A stretch of DNA of 64,000 nt from a virus: IMG/VR virus record IMGVR_UViG_3300035703_000053, positions 19,754 through 83,753 of that record; one strand, written 5' to 3'. A program made the position numbers and the translations under genes. The notes under the pieces were generated by a model that saw only the letters and a program-made list of their open reading frames with translations, was not told the origin of the DNA and searched no databases. This document shows positions 1-8,809 of the stretch, piece by piece (position 1 is the stretch's first letter; each line of letters opens with the position of its first letter).

Positions 1-38
1 CCTGGGAATTAAAAGGGATCAAGAATGTCCTTTCGTCT

Positions 39-386
39 TTGTGGGAATTTCGTTACAAAAACGGAGAAACAAACTTGTTGCACCCCGAAGCGTTTGCCGA
101 TGAGTATATCTCAATTGAGGAATGTGGTAAACGGTTAAATGTGTCCGAGCAAACTATTAGAAATTGGATTGCAATTGGCAAAAAAAATCCAGCTAAAGGC
201 TGGAAGGAAGGTGTTCACTATGTCAATGTCGCCCCAGAGGAAGCGCGAAAAGTCGGAGTGCGTGTCCCTTGGAACCAATTGGTTCGTTCCTTCTCCCAAA
301 ACGAGAAAGTTACCAATGTTGACTTCCTGAATGGTGCAGCTTACGTTCCCAGACACAACCGACTTGACAATGGCTCACCGTTTTAA
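39..386 (+). CDS. HTH (excisionase/MerR-like) DNA-binding protein
   Basis: ISIEECGKRLNVSEQTIRNWI is an HTH pattern; GVHY..WN is shared with 8327..8545. Confidence 0.6.
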   Translation: MWEFRYKNGETNLLHPEAFADEYISIEECGKRLNVSEQTIRNWIAIGKKNPAKGWKEGVHYVNVAPEEARKVGVRVPWNQLVRSFSQNEKVTNVDFLNGAAYVPRHNRLDNGSPF

Positions 387-822
387 AAACATTGAAGTTC
401 ATCAAGTAACTCTTGATAACTACAGGGAAACATTAACAACATCTCTTGCGGATCAAGTTGAAATGTTTCTGCCTCCGGAGGGCTCGTTTGATGATGGTTG
501 CCTGCAACGGTACTTAGAAAATGTCTTTAATTACGAACAGGAAGACGCAAACTCGAGCATGACGCTTGCAAATCGACTTCGGTTTGCGTTTCAAGACATG
601 CAGCCGGACACAATTTGCGGCAAGTTTCCTTCTGCTGAACTTCCTTTGAAAAGGCGACTGAGGTGTGTTGCCGAATATCTTATTCGCTCAGGTGAATTTG
701 ATAAGCTGCGCGACGAAAAAGGACGACTCGTAAAAAAACGAGGTATTCTCGGTAAAATGGTGGTAATTTATACACCACTACCAAAGCTCATGGAATCTTT
801 AATTCGTCAAGGATTGGTTTAA
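370..822 (+). CDS. hypothetical protein
   Basis: ORF track 331..822; ATG 370 (MAHRF) preferred as start. Confidence 0.6.
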   Translation: MAHRFKNIEVHQVTLDNYRETLTTSLADQVEMFLPPEGSFDDGCLQRYLENVFNYEQEDANSSMTLANRLRFAFQDMQPDTICGKFPSAELPLKRRLRCVAEYLIRSGEFDKLRDEKGRLVKKRGILGKMVVIYTPLPKLMESLIRQGLV

Positions 823-824
823 CA

Positions 825-1214
825 ATGAATAGGCGCGAAAAATTGCTAGCTTCAGCTATTGGTCCAGAGTTAAATGAGACCAAAGCCATGATGCTTGATG
901 CCACCATAAAACTAGTTCTTGGTGACATGGGGCAACATTATGTCAAAATGTGGCAGGCAGAGGGACCTGGAATTATGGTTTTTCAGCCGGACAGAAAGGA
1001 CCGTTCAATGTTTTTTATGACCCTAAAAGAACTTCATGCTGCACAAGAAAGTTGTGAAAAAGAAAATAATGGAGACATGGCAGAATCTTTTAGGCGTATT
1101 TTATCAGCGGCACAAAAAATTAACCCAATGGAAAAAGCTGGGTATGTAATCAACGATTCAGAAGGAATTCGGTATATTGAAATTGATTACAACCAAGAGA
1201 CTGACAAAAAATGA
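825..1214 (+). CDS. hypothetical protein
   Basis: 129 aa, tightly packed with neighbours. Confidence 0.65.
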   Translation: MNRREKLLASAIGPELNETKAMMLDATIKLVLGDMGQHYVKMWQAEGPGIMVFQPDRKDRSMFFMTLKELHAAQESCEKENNGDMAESFRRILSAAQKINPMEKAGYVINDSEGIRYIEIDYNQETDKK

Positions 1215-1798
1215 GCCTGAAGGGTGCCAGGGTCAAGCGCGAAGATGTTGAGTGGATTAGCAATGCGGATCTTGTAGCTTGTGCTCATGAGTTAATGGGT
1301 GGAATTGACCTAGACCCTGCAAGCTCTAACCTTGCAAACGAGTATGTCCAAGCTGAAAAATACTACACGCCAACAGACGATGGTTTAAATTCTCAGCAGT
1401 GGCATGGAAAGGTTTATCTGTTTCCACCCTCCGGCGCTTACTTCTGGGACAAAAAGCAAGGGCGATGGAAGATGACAAGGACTTCTGCAATTTCCTTAAC
1501 ATCTTCACATGCAGTGTGGTTCCGCCGTTTGTACCACGCCTGGTTGACGCGTGAAATCAAAGAGGCACTTTATTTTACCAACTGTCCCGACATGATTCGT
1601 TATGATCAACGAATCTTTGATTTTCCTGTGTGTATCTTCAGGACAACACCAATGCTGGTACGCAGGACCAAAGACGAGGTGTCTTCTTATAAGACTTGCA
1701 CGTCTATTGCTGTATACATGCAACCCCATGAAAACCCAAGTGAGGCAACGGAAAAATTTGTTGAGATTTACTCGCCTAGGGGTCGGATCCTCTATTGA
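1211..1798 (+). CDS. phage DNA N6-adenine methyltransferase-like protein (atypical catalytic motif)
   Basis: GGIDLDPASS...YYT..DDGL..QW.GKVYLFPP; FPPS replaces the usual NPPY. Confidence 0.65.
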   Translation: MSLKGARVKREDVEWISNADLVACAHELMGGIDLDPASSNLANEYVQAEKYYTPTDDGLNSQQWHGKVYLFPPSGAYFWDKKQGRWKMTRTSAISLTSSHAVWFRRLYHAWLTREIKEALYFTNCPDMIRYDQRIFDFPVCIFRTTPMLVRRTKDEVSSYKTCTSIAVYMQPHENPSEATEKFVEIYSPRGRILY

Positions 1799-1831
1799 AT
1801 TGCGTATACTAAAAAACGAATTGGAATCAGC

Positions 1832-2419
1832 ATGAGCATCCTTGCCGATTGGGAGATCAAAAAGCTTGCCGAAGAAGAAGGTATGATTGATCCGTTCGTG
1901 GATCATCAAGTCAAACGAGAAGATGGCAAGCGACTTCTTAGCTATGGACTCAGCTCATACGGCTATGACATCAGGTTGTCTCCAAAGCAATGCCTTATTT
2001 TTGGCAAGGTGCAGGCTGGTGATTGCGACCCAAAAGACTTTGATCCCGATATTCTCAAGCCAGCGGAATTACAAGAAGATTCAAAAGGAAAATACTTCGT
2101 GCTTCCTCCGTACGGTTATTGCCTAGGCGTTGCAATGGAGCACATTAAACTTCCTCCAGACGTCACTGTTGTTGCTGTGGGTAAATCTACGTATGCCCGA
2201 TCGGGAATACTGGTAAATATCACCCCAGCGGAGGCGATGTGGCAAGGACATCTCACCCTTGAAATCAGTAACTGCACAGGGCTCTTTAACAGGGTTTATG
2301 CCAATGAGGGTATTACGCAGCTCTTGTTTTATCGCGGTGAACCCTGCAAGGTTACCTATCAAGATAGGAAGGGCAAGTACCAGGACCAGCCTTACGAAGT
2401 TGTTTATAGCAAAGTGTAA
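1832..2419 (+). CDS. dcd: dCTP deaminase
   Basis: SYGLSSYGYDIRL, GKSTYARSG, TLEISN, ANEGITQLLF, Y.DRKGKYQ.Q motifs. Confidence 0.95.
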   Translation: MSILADWEIKKLAEEEGMIDPFVDHQVKREDGKRLLSYGLSSYGYDIRLSPKQCLIFGKVQAGDCDPKDFDPDILKPAELQEDSKGKYFVLPPYGYCLGVAMEHIKLPPDVTVVAVGKSTYARSGILVNITPAEAMWQGHLTLEISNCTGLFNRVYANEGITQLLFYRGEPCKVTYQDRKGKYQDQPYEVVYSKV

Positions 2420-2631
2420 TGAAAGCTGAATTGCCTGACATTGCCGAAAGACTCGATATTGTCGAGTTAATTTTTAATCTTGTTATCAAACAGGAAAGTG
2501 AAGAGTTTTCAATTGTGCTTGATCAGTTCAAAGTAGAAAATGTGCAGTGGGTTTTGACTCAACTTTCCGATCCCATCGAACAACTTTTTGATTCTCTTGA
2601 ACTGGAATACGAAAAGGCTGTAGATTATTAA
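2419..2631 (+). CDS. hypothetical acidic protein
   Basis: TAATG stop/start coupling to dcd. Confidence 0.5.
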   Translation: MKAELPDIAERLDIVELIFNLVIKQESEEFSIVLDQFKVENVQWVLTQLSDPIEQLFDSLELEYEKAVDY

Positions 2632-2999
2632 AAACTACGTCCAAATGACGGTAGTGGTTTCCTGGCATAGCCTGTGCTTCCCACCTGTCCGTATGTATCC
2701 CCAAGGCTAGGCAACTCGGTTCCATCGATGTTTGCCTGACGCCTTGGGGTTTTGCCACGAATTTGTGGCTCATCTATCGCAGCTTTTTGCCTGAACTTTC
2801 CTGCGGTTTTGGCTGCCCTGAAATATTTCTCTACACGCCCCTGTTTGTCATTAACAGACTCTGCGGACGACCTGTCCCCTGGAGCAACACGGCGTAAATC
2901 AGTGTCATACGCTTGCTCGGGACGCAAGTCTGATACCTCAGCTCCAGAGGTACCCGAGAGTTGCCGTGGATCGTAGAGCGGGTTAAATAAATCAGCCAT
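2628..2999 (-). CDS. hypothetical protein
   Basis: ORF track 2628..3041; ATG 2999 (MADLF) preferred. Confidence 0.55.
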   Translation of the reverse strand: MADLFNPLYDPRQLSGTSGAEVSDLRPEQAYDTDLRRVAPGDRSSAESVNDKQGRVEKYFRAAKTAGKFRQKAAIDEPQIRGKTPRRQANIDGTELPSLGDTYGQVGSTGYARKPLPSFGRSF

Positions 3000-3039
3000 G
3001 ATAATATTGTAATAGGAATAAATCAAGACAATAAGTATC

Positions 3040-3381
3040 ATGCACGGCGCTGCAGGATTCCTTGATAGCTTTGTTCAAGACGAACTTAAGTGTCGTTGTT
3101 TAACTGAAGAGACTTTTGGTCAGCCTATTGACAATGCTGAAAATGACGTGCCACTATACGACCAGTACAACCGTGGTTTAGTTGCATGTCAGCAAGGTTT
3201 GGAGAGGAACCCATTAAATCTCGAGGGGCAACGTCCCGGAACGACGGGCTATATTCCGACAATGGAGCAGGGTCTTCAGATGGGAGCCTCGCCAAAACCC
3301 AAAGCCCTGATGCTGGAGCTGGAGGGGCCGAGCGAGGAAATGCTGGAAGAATCCCGCAAACGTCGTGGTTTACTGCGATAG
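3040..3381 (+). CDS. hypothetical protein
   Basis: 113 aa ORF divergent from 2999. Confidence 0.55.
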   Translation: MHGAAGFLDSFVQDELKCRCLTEETFGQPIDNAENDVPLYDQYNRGLVACQQGLERNPLNLEGQRPGTTGYIPTMEQGLQMGASPKPKALMLELEGPSEEMLEESRKRRGLLR

Positions 3382-3677
3382 AAGAAGACACTGAATGCCC
3401 TGGTGGAGTATGCCCAGTACCCTGGGCCACACAAGAAACTTCTCCTGTGGTCCAAGAGGATGTAGTCAATCATCCCTCGCATTACACAGAGGGTGGTATT
3501 GAATGTATTGACGCCATTGAAGCGGCATTAACCAACGAAGAGTTCCGTGGTTACTGCAAAGGTAATTGCATCAAATATATTTGGAGAGAACGCCACAAAA
3601 ACGGTACCGAATCACTGAAAAAAGCTCAGTGGTACTTGGATCGCCTTATTGTTCTTGACGAAAGTCAGAACGGCTGA
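3186..3677 (+). CDS. DUF3310 / T7 gp1.7-like (nucleotide kinase-like) protein
   Basis: DVVNHPSHYT.GGIECIDAI...GYCKGNCIKYIWR..HKNG.ESLKKAQWYL. Confidence 0.85.
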   Translation: MSARFGEEPIKSRGATSRNDGLYSDNGAGSSDGSLAKTQSPDAGAGGAERGNAGRIPQTSWFTAIEEDTECPGGVCPVPWATQETSPVVQEDVVNHPSHYTEGGIECIDAIEAALTNEEFRGYCKGNCIKYIWRERHKNGTESLKKAQWYLDRLIVLDESQNG

Positions 3678-3973
3678 CACTCTTCTTCATCTTCACCATC
3701 GTCCTCGTCGTCGTATACGCATGCGGCGGCGAGTTCTTCTAGTTCAATATCAGTGGGAATATCAAAATCAAGCTCAATATTCTCTGATGCCATAATCTCT
3801 TTAACTGCGTGCCACTCCATCAGGCGTTGGTGATACAAGTTCAAAAGTGCTGCGTACAACTGCTCCCAAGTCATTTCTTGGGCATGCAACTCTGCTTTGC
3901 GCATGGAGAATTGAAGCTCCAAAGGAAGCTCAAACTCCCGTGGTTCAACTGAACGCTCCATGCCGCTTTGCAT
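3665..3973 (-). CDS. nblA: NblA-like phycobilisome degradation protein with acidic C-terminal tail
   Basis: LPLELQFSMRKAELHAQEMTWEQLYAALLNLYHQRLM fits the NblA pattern LsLEQqF......vq.Ms.EQ....L..LY.Q.m. Confidence 0.7.
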   Translation of the reverse strand: MQSGMERSVEPREFELPLELQFSMRKAELHAQEMTWEQLYAALLNLYHQRLMEWHAVKEIMASENIELDFDIPTDIELEELAAACVYDDEDDGEDEEECQPF

Positions 3974-3997
3974 GTTTGTAATGCAACTATTCTAATT

Positions 3998-4684
3998 CTA
4001 CCTGTCAAAGACAGCATTAAAGTCGTTTTCTGGGTACTCTTCTGGCGGGTATTCCTCCCACCAATTTTCAGCCACTTTGAAGTCATTAGCAAACCGAGAA
4101 AGCACATAAGGGTTGATGCGCTCTTCCAAGTTTTTAATTGCTTGTATTTCGTAGGGTGCTCCAGCATAGATGCGGAATGCTGTGAGCAAAATCTCAGACG
4201 AAGGTGGCATCAGCTCTCCGGAGTCCTGGAGCAACAAGCTGATTTCTTCTCTGCGCCTGTCAAGAAGGTTCCCGATGACGTTATGGTCTACATCAAAAAC
4301 CCACCGCGACATCTCTGCCGTAATTTCTGGCAGGTCGTCGGTTTCCAGGTTATCAACAATACTGCTGTAGAAAAAAGACTCCCATCCAATTGAATGGATA
4401 AACGAAATCAACGCCTGCCGTACTGAGTGCGTCAACACAATATTCAATTTTGTTAGCTGCGTATCAATTACGTCAACTTCGTGAAACAAATATTCCAACG
4501 CTTTTTCTTTACTGCAAAGTTGACCACGCTTTACAGGTGAACCATCGGGATAGAACTGTGTTCCGTAACCAATGGTGTACGGCTCTCCACCTGTAAACGG
4601 ATCAGGATAAGCCTTCTCGTTGAACCCCGAATACTTACAAATTAAATTAATTGAATCAGTGTAATCAGTCATAGGGGGCAACAA
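3998..4684 (-). CDS. GH24 phage lysozyme-like endolysin
   Basis: KAYPDP.TGGEPYTIGYGT, ALISFI.SIG, L..RRREE. Confidence 0.8.
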   Translation of the reverse strand: MLPPMTDYTDSINLICKYSGFNEKAYPDPFTGGEPYTIGYGTQFYPDGSPVKRGQLCSKEKALEYLFHEVDVIDTQLTKLNIVLTHSVRQALISFIHSIGWESFFYSSIVDNLETDDLPEITAEMSRWVFDVDHNVIGNLLDRRREEISLLLQDSGELMPPSSEILLTAFRIYAGAPYEIQAIKNLEERINPYVLSRFANDFKVAENWWEEYPPEEYPENDFNAVFDR

Positions 4685-4706
4685 GCGTTACCCCCAATAT
4701 ACACAA

Positions 4707-4835
4707 TTATTTTTTACCTTGTCCTCGATAAGCTTTTCTGCCTTTGCGGCGAGGGCGACTATTAATGCCGTGGCCAATAGAAGTTGTCTTGGGCTTGGAC
4801 TCAACGTGAACAGAAGTTGACTTTGGTTTTGCCAT
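4707..4835 (-). CDS. small basic protein (42 aa, not in ORF track)
   Basis: Hand translated: MAKPKSTSVHVESKPKTTSIGHGINSRPRRKGRKAYRGQGKK. Confidence 0.6.
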   Translation of the reverse strand: MAKPKSTSVHVESKPKTTSIGHGINSRPRRKGRKAYRGQGKK

Positions 4836-4840
4836 GGTTT

Positions 4841-5128
4841 CTACCAGGTCGCGTTACAGCTCCACCACCCCGGAGTAAGTTTGTTTTTCTTATCCGAGCA
4901 GTTGTGGCGGGCCTTAAAGTTAGCACGGCGCTTCTCGTCGTGGTGTTGTGTGTAGTCTTCGTAACCCCTGGCACCAAAGCGCACAATCGCCTCCTTGCCG
5001 TTGTCACAAGCCTTGACCACGTACTTGTGCTTATCCCCAGCAGGGGCACGCTGTGGCTTATTACAGGCCATCTTATCTTTTTGATACCGCTTAGAAGCAG
5101 CAGCGGCTTTTCTATGTTTTTCAGCCAT
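4841..5128 (-). CDS. small basic phage protein
   Basis: IVRFGARGYEDYTQHHD..RRANFKARH.C pattern; coupled to upstream gene. Confidence 0.7.
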   Translation of the reverse strand: MAEKHRKAAAASKRYQKDKMACNKPQRAPAGDKHKYVVKACDNGKEAIVRFGARGYEDYTQHHDEKRRANFKARHNCSDKKNKLTPGWWSCNATW

Positions 5129-7827
5129 TAAAGTCCTTTAAACATTGAGGTAAATTCACCAAGAATTTGTTGTCCAGTTTTAGATTTGTAATCCTGGTCT
5201 TCCTCGTTCTCTGTATCAAGTTTAAAATAACTATCCAAACCTGTAGTTGATTCTTTTTTACTGGAAGTTGTACTGTCTTCTTCAGTATCAAAGAAACTTT
5301 CAATAGTACCAAGGGAGGCGAAGGGGTCACTGAAGTCAAGCTTGTTCAACTTTAGCGCTTCATTCGATCCTGACTTAGTAAGCACAGCCTGCTCTGAACG
5401 ATCTAAATCAGGGAAGAAGTTATTGTAAAACTCATCCTCTGATCCCTGAAATCCAGCAGATTGAAACACTTTATACAACTCGGTCTCTGGCTTTGCAGCT
5501 TCATCTTTATAGTCTTCTGCTCGCTCAATGTAAGTTAAGCCAAGCTTCTCTTGTGTTGGTCTTTGTTTTTTCTCATTGAGATATTTAATCTCTTCCCTGA
5601 TTTTTTGAGCGGATCCCGTACGCAATGTCTCAGCTACGTACTCTTTCAATTCATCAACTGTGCCTTTAAAATCGGTAATGCCATAACGCTTAAGTATCTC
5701 ATTCCAACTGTCCTTGTCGTTGGGATTCAGGCCTTTAAGAAGTTCGTCTGCAAACTCCTCTGGCTTAATAAATTGACCGAAGATCGTGCCCTGCTTCAAG
5801 GCTTCTTCTTTAAGTGCGGGAAGAATTTTTGTATAGATTTCATTCTGTACTTTGCTTGCATTTAAGATATCATCAGCTGCGTCATACCCCTTCCCTTGAC
5901 CTTTCACCTGGAAGTGCATGCGGGCAAACTCTTCTTTGTTGTTTAGATCAACACCAAACCTGTATGCCTGCTGAGTCCAATACCCATCGCCTTTCTTGGC
6001 TGCTTCCCAGTCTTCGGAGACGGTCTTAGCCTGGTCCAAATACGCACTCTCTCGTGCCTTATCCCCGGTGGGGTTAAAGTAAAACTCAGAATCAAAATAA
6101 CGATCACCTGTATTCTTCAATTGATCAAGATATTGTTTAGCCCTTAGTTCAGCGACAAGAGTCGCTGCATTAACCATGTCTTGTGTTTGGAAGGGGTTTT
6201 GTTCTTTCTGTCGCACATCAAGGTAGTCAACAAATTCATCCATCGAGCGAGACGTGTTAAAACGAGGAATTAAATAAGTGTCAATAAAGTTGCGTGCAAA
6301 TTCTCCATCAATTTGCACCATCTGCTGAGCTTCTCCATCCGAGTAACCAAGCTCAATAGCCTCATCATATTTATCTTTTAGTTTTGTATCAAACCATTGC
6401 TGCCAGTTATACGTTGCATTATTGTTTATACCAGTGATTCCTTTTAAACTTTTCTCCAGGGATTCCTCAGCTTTTCCTCCTGACGTGAAGGAAAGCATGC
6501 CGCCTACCCCCGTGTCTCCAAGGATTGAGTTGGTTAGTTCTTTGTTGATATTTGAAATTTCTGCGAAGCTATCAAATCCATTCAGCAGGCCAAGCATCTC
6601 TTCTTTCTGCTTTGCCTTCTTCATTTCGGCAATGGTATCCTTTAAAACGTTCTGAGCTAATGCACCGAAACGTTTTACATCAACAGTAGCCTTCTCACCA
6701 ACAGCTTGATTGATTGCATCTTCTAGTTCAGTGACGCCATACCCAGCGTTGATGTTGTACTTAAGACTTACCTGCTTGTCCTCTGGTCGATCAGACAACC
6801 TAAACAACGCAGCAAATTCATCTTTTTTGTCAGGGTTTAAAAACTTTTCTTTGGCTAATTTGCTCCAGTATGGATCTCCGTTTTTAGCTTTTTCCCACTC
6901 AGCAGCAATCTCTGGAACATTAATGAGACGATCAGTTTGTGTTGTGGAATCAACACCTAGTTGTAGATTTCGTACGTCCTGAAGGTCTCGATCAGTGGGA
7001 GCGCTTTCTTTATAAAGCTTGGCCGCAGCTGTTTCTTCGGTTGGATTTCCGCGTTTACCAGCGGGCTTGCCTTGTGTTGTGTAGTGTTGAAGATAATAAC
7101 CGTTTTCACCGTATCGCTCTGTTATATCAATGTCATCATTTGCTACAGCATTTTTCCATGCTTCAGCAACTTCTGGATTTTGTTCTTTGTAATATTTAGG
7201 GTCAAAATTTCCATATTGAGGCTTTGACCCTAACGCAACGTCCCAGCCTTGAAGCTTTTCTGTTCTATAAAACGTTTTGTAATATTCCTCTAGTGTTTTC
7301 TTTGTGTCTTCCTCGATATCTAGTTTTCTAATTTGATCACGCATTTGAACGTAATCGCCACCCTTGGTCACACCAGCAACAGAAACGACTGTGTTATATG
7401 CGTTGTTATTTTTACTAGCTTTTGCGTTATACTCTGTACCTTTTTGATTTAATTGTTCATTGTATTTGTTTGTTTCGCGTGTATCTTCTTGGGCCTGTTT
7501 TAGTGCATTTTCAGCTTCCCATGGATCGGGATTTGGTATGCCAGCGGCAATTAAAGAGTTGATGATATCCCAGTAGCTGTCATTAATGTCAACAGTGGCT
7601 GTACGTTTGTTTGTGACTAGTTGCCATTCATACTCTGGCTCGGCATATGGGCTGTATACGGGTTCTCCATTCTCCCAATCTGTTTTTGGTGGTAACTGAA
7701 CACGAACCCAGTCGCCAACATCCCGAGTTATAGATACGGTTTGAGCAACTGGACGATCAGTTTTGTGATCAGTTTTTTCGTATTCTACTTTCCATTTTTT
7801 TGTAACAGGATCATATTCGATTCCCAT
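5128..7827 (-). CDS. large putative virion protein with internal repeats
   Basis: 899 aa; repeated FD..YY/WE.AK.GD.YW/EFA segments. Confidence 0.75.
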   Translation of the reverse strand: MGIEYDPVTKKWKVEYEKTDHKTDRPVAQTVSITRDVGDWVRVQLPPKTDWENGEPVYSPYAEPEYEWQLVTNKRTATVDINDSYWDIINSLIAAGIPNPDPWEAENALKQAQEDTRETNKYNEQLNQKGTEYNAKASKNNNAYNTVVSVAGVTKGGDYVQMRDQIRKLDIEEDTKKTLEEYYKTFYRTEKLQGWDVALGSKPQYGNFDPKYYKEQNPEVAEAWKNAVANDDIDITERYGENGYYLQHYTTQGKPAGKRGNPTEETAAAKLYKESAPTDRDLQDVRNLQLGVDSTTQTDRLINVPEIAAEWEKAKNGDPYWSKLAKEKFLNPDKKDEFAALFRLSDRPEDKQVSLKYNINAGYGVTELEDAINQAVGEKATVDVKRFGALAQNVLKDTIAEMKKAKQKEEMLGLLNGFDSFAEISNINKELTNSILGDTGVGGMLSFTSGGKAEESLEKSLKGITGINNNATYNWQQWFDTKLKDKYDEAIELGYSDGEAQQMVQIDGEFARNFIDTYLIPRFNTSRSMDEFVDYLDVRQKEQNPFQTQDMVNAATLVAELRAKQYLDQLKNTGDRYFDSEFYFNPTGDKARESAYLDQAKTVSEDWEAAKKGDGYWTQQAYRFGVDLNNKEEFARMHFQVKGQGKGYDAADDILNASKVQNEIYTKILPALKEEALKQGTIFGQFIKPEEFADELLKGLNPNDKDSWNEILKRYGITDFKGTVDELKEYVAETLRTGSAQKIREEIKYLNEKKQRPTQEKLGLTYIERAEDYKDEAAKPETELYKVFQSAGFQGSEDEFYNNFFPDLDRSEQAVLTKSGSNEALKLNKLDFSDPFASLGTIESFFDTEEDSTTSSKKESTTGLDSYFKLDTENEEDQDYKSKTGQQILGEFTSMFKGL

Positions 7828-7828
7828 G

Positions 7829-8191
7829 TTAAACAGCCACCGATAAGGTATCTACTTGATAAACAAAAACATCAATAGGTTCTTGTTTGATCCAAGAGTT
7901 GATTCTATCCATCTTAGCTTGCGTAAAGAATTCTTGTTTTTCAAACCACTCTTGTACTTTGCTGCTCGCTTTGGATGCATTACACTTGCGACAAGCTGGA
8001 ACAAGATTGTTTCTGTTACTGGAACCAGATCTAAAGCGGGGGATGACGTGGTCTAAGGATGTTGCCTGTTCGTCGCAATAAGCACATTTAGAGCCCCAGG
8101 CATCGTATATAGATTGGCGATATCTTTTCTTGGCTAGTTTAGGAGTTAGTTCAATGAGCAGGGCGAGAGGTTCTTGCTCGCTGTTGAACAT
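7829..8191 (-). CDS. HNH endonuclease
   Basis: CAYC...SLDHVIPR.RSG....NLVPACRKCNASK. Confidence 0.9.
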   Translation of the reverse strand: MFNSEQEPLALLIELTPKLAKKRYRQSIYDAWGSKCAYCDEQATSLDHVIPRFRSGSSNRNNLVPACRKCNASKASSKVQEWFEKQEFFTQAKMDRINSWIKQEPIDVFVYQVDTLSVAV

Positions 8192-8326
8192 ACTATTAGC
8201 AGCCGTTAACTAATTTTAAGTCCGCCTTACATTGACCAGAATAAATAAAGAGATAAAATTTTGCTTAAACCTCTTGACAGGCTCTTGCAGTCCTGTAGGT
8301 TATGTGTGTACACGACTTCTCTAGTC

Positions 8327-8545
8327 ATGGCCAATCACCCTGGGTGGGTCTCCGTTCAACAAGCGGAAGAACTCCTTGGTATCGACCGCAAGCTTCTCTT
8401 CAAGTACCGCGACAATGGTACCCTGAAACTGGGTCCGCATTATGCAGCCTTCCCTGAGACCCGTTCACGTGATAGCTATCGCTGGAACGTAAGCGCCGTA
8501 CGCAAACAACTGCAGAAGATGAACGCTTGTGAAATGGCGTCCTGA
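8327..8545 (+). CDS. small HTH DNA-binding protein
   Basis: WVSVQQAEELLGIDRKLLFKYR; upstream TTGACA at 8274 and downstream terminator. Confidence 0.65.
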   Translation: MANHPGWVSVQQAEELLGIDRKLLFKYRDNGTLKLGPHYAAFPETRSRDSYRWNVSAVRKQLQKMNACEMAS

Positions 8546-8564
8546 GGCTGCTCACAGATGACAC

Positions 8565-8588
8565 AAGACCCCTTCGGGGGTCTTTTTT
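8565..8588 (+). terminator. intrinsic terminator
   Basis: AAGACCCC-TTCG-GGGGTCTT followed by T tract, between convergent genes. Confidence 0.85.
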
Positions 8589-8808
8589 ATGCTGGGCCGA
8601 TGCCGCTGGCATAGGCTGCCCACGCATTACCTAGGGCTTGCATCGTTGAGGTTTCCCCTGTTTCGTATGGAAGATTTACTACGTCCCCTGGAGAATACAA
8701 AGTAGGACTTCCGCTGTAGTAAACTTCACTAAAACCAAATTTACTTGCCGCAAGTTGTTCTGCGGATAATACATAACGCGTTTCAACAACTTCACCAAAG
8801 TCAGCCAT
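8587..8808 (-). CDS. hypothetical virion-module protein
   Basis: ATG 8808 (MADFGE) two nt after the upstream stop. Confidence 0.55.
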   Translation of the reverse strand: MADFGEVVETRYVLSAEQLAASKFGFSEVYYSGSPTLYSPGDVVNLPYETGETSTMQALGNAWAAYASGIGPA

Positions 8809-8809
8809 G

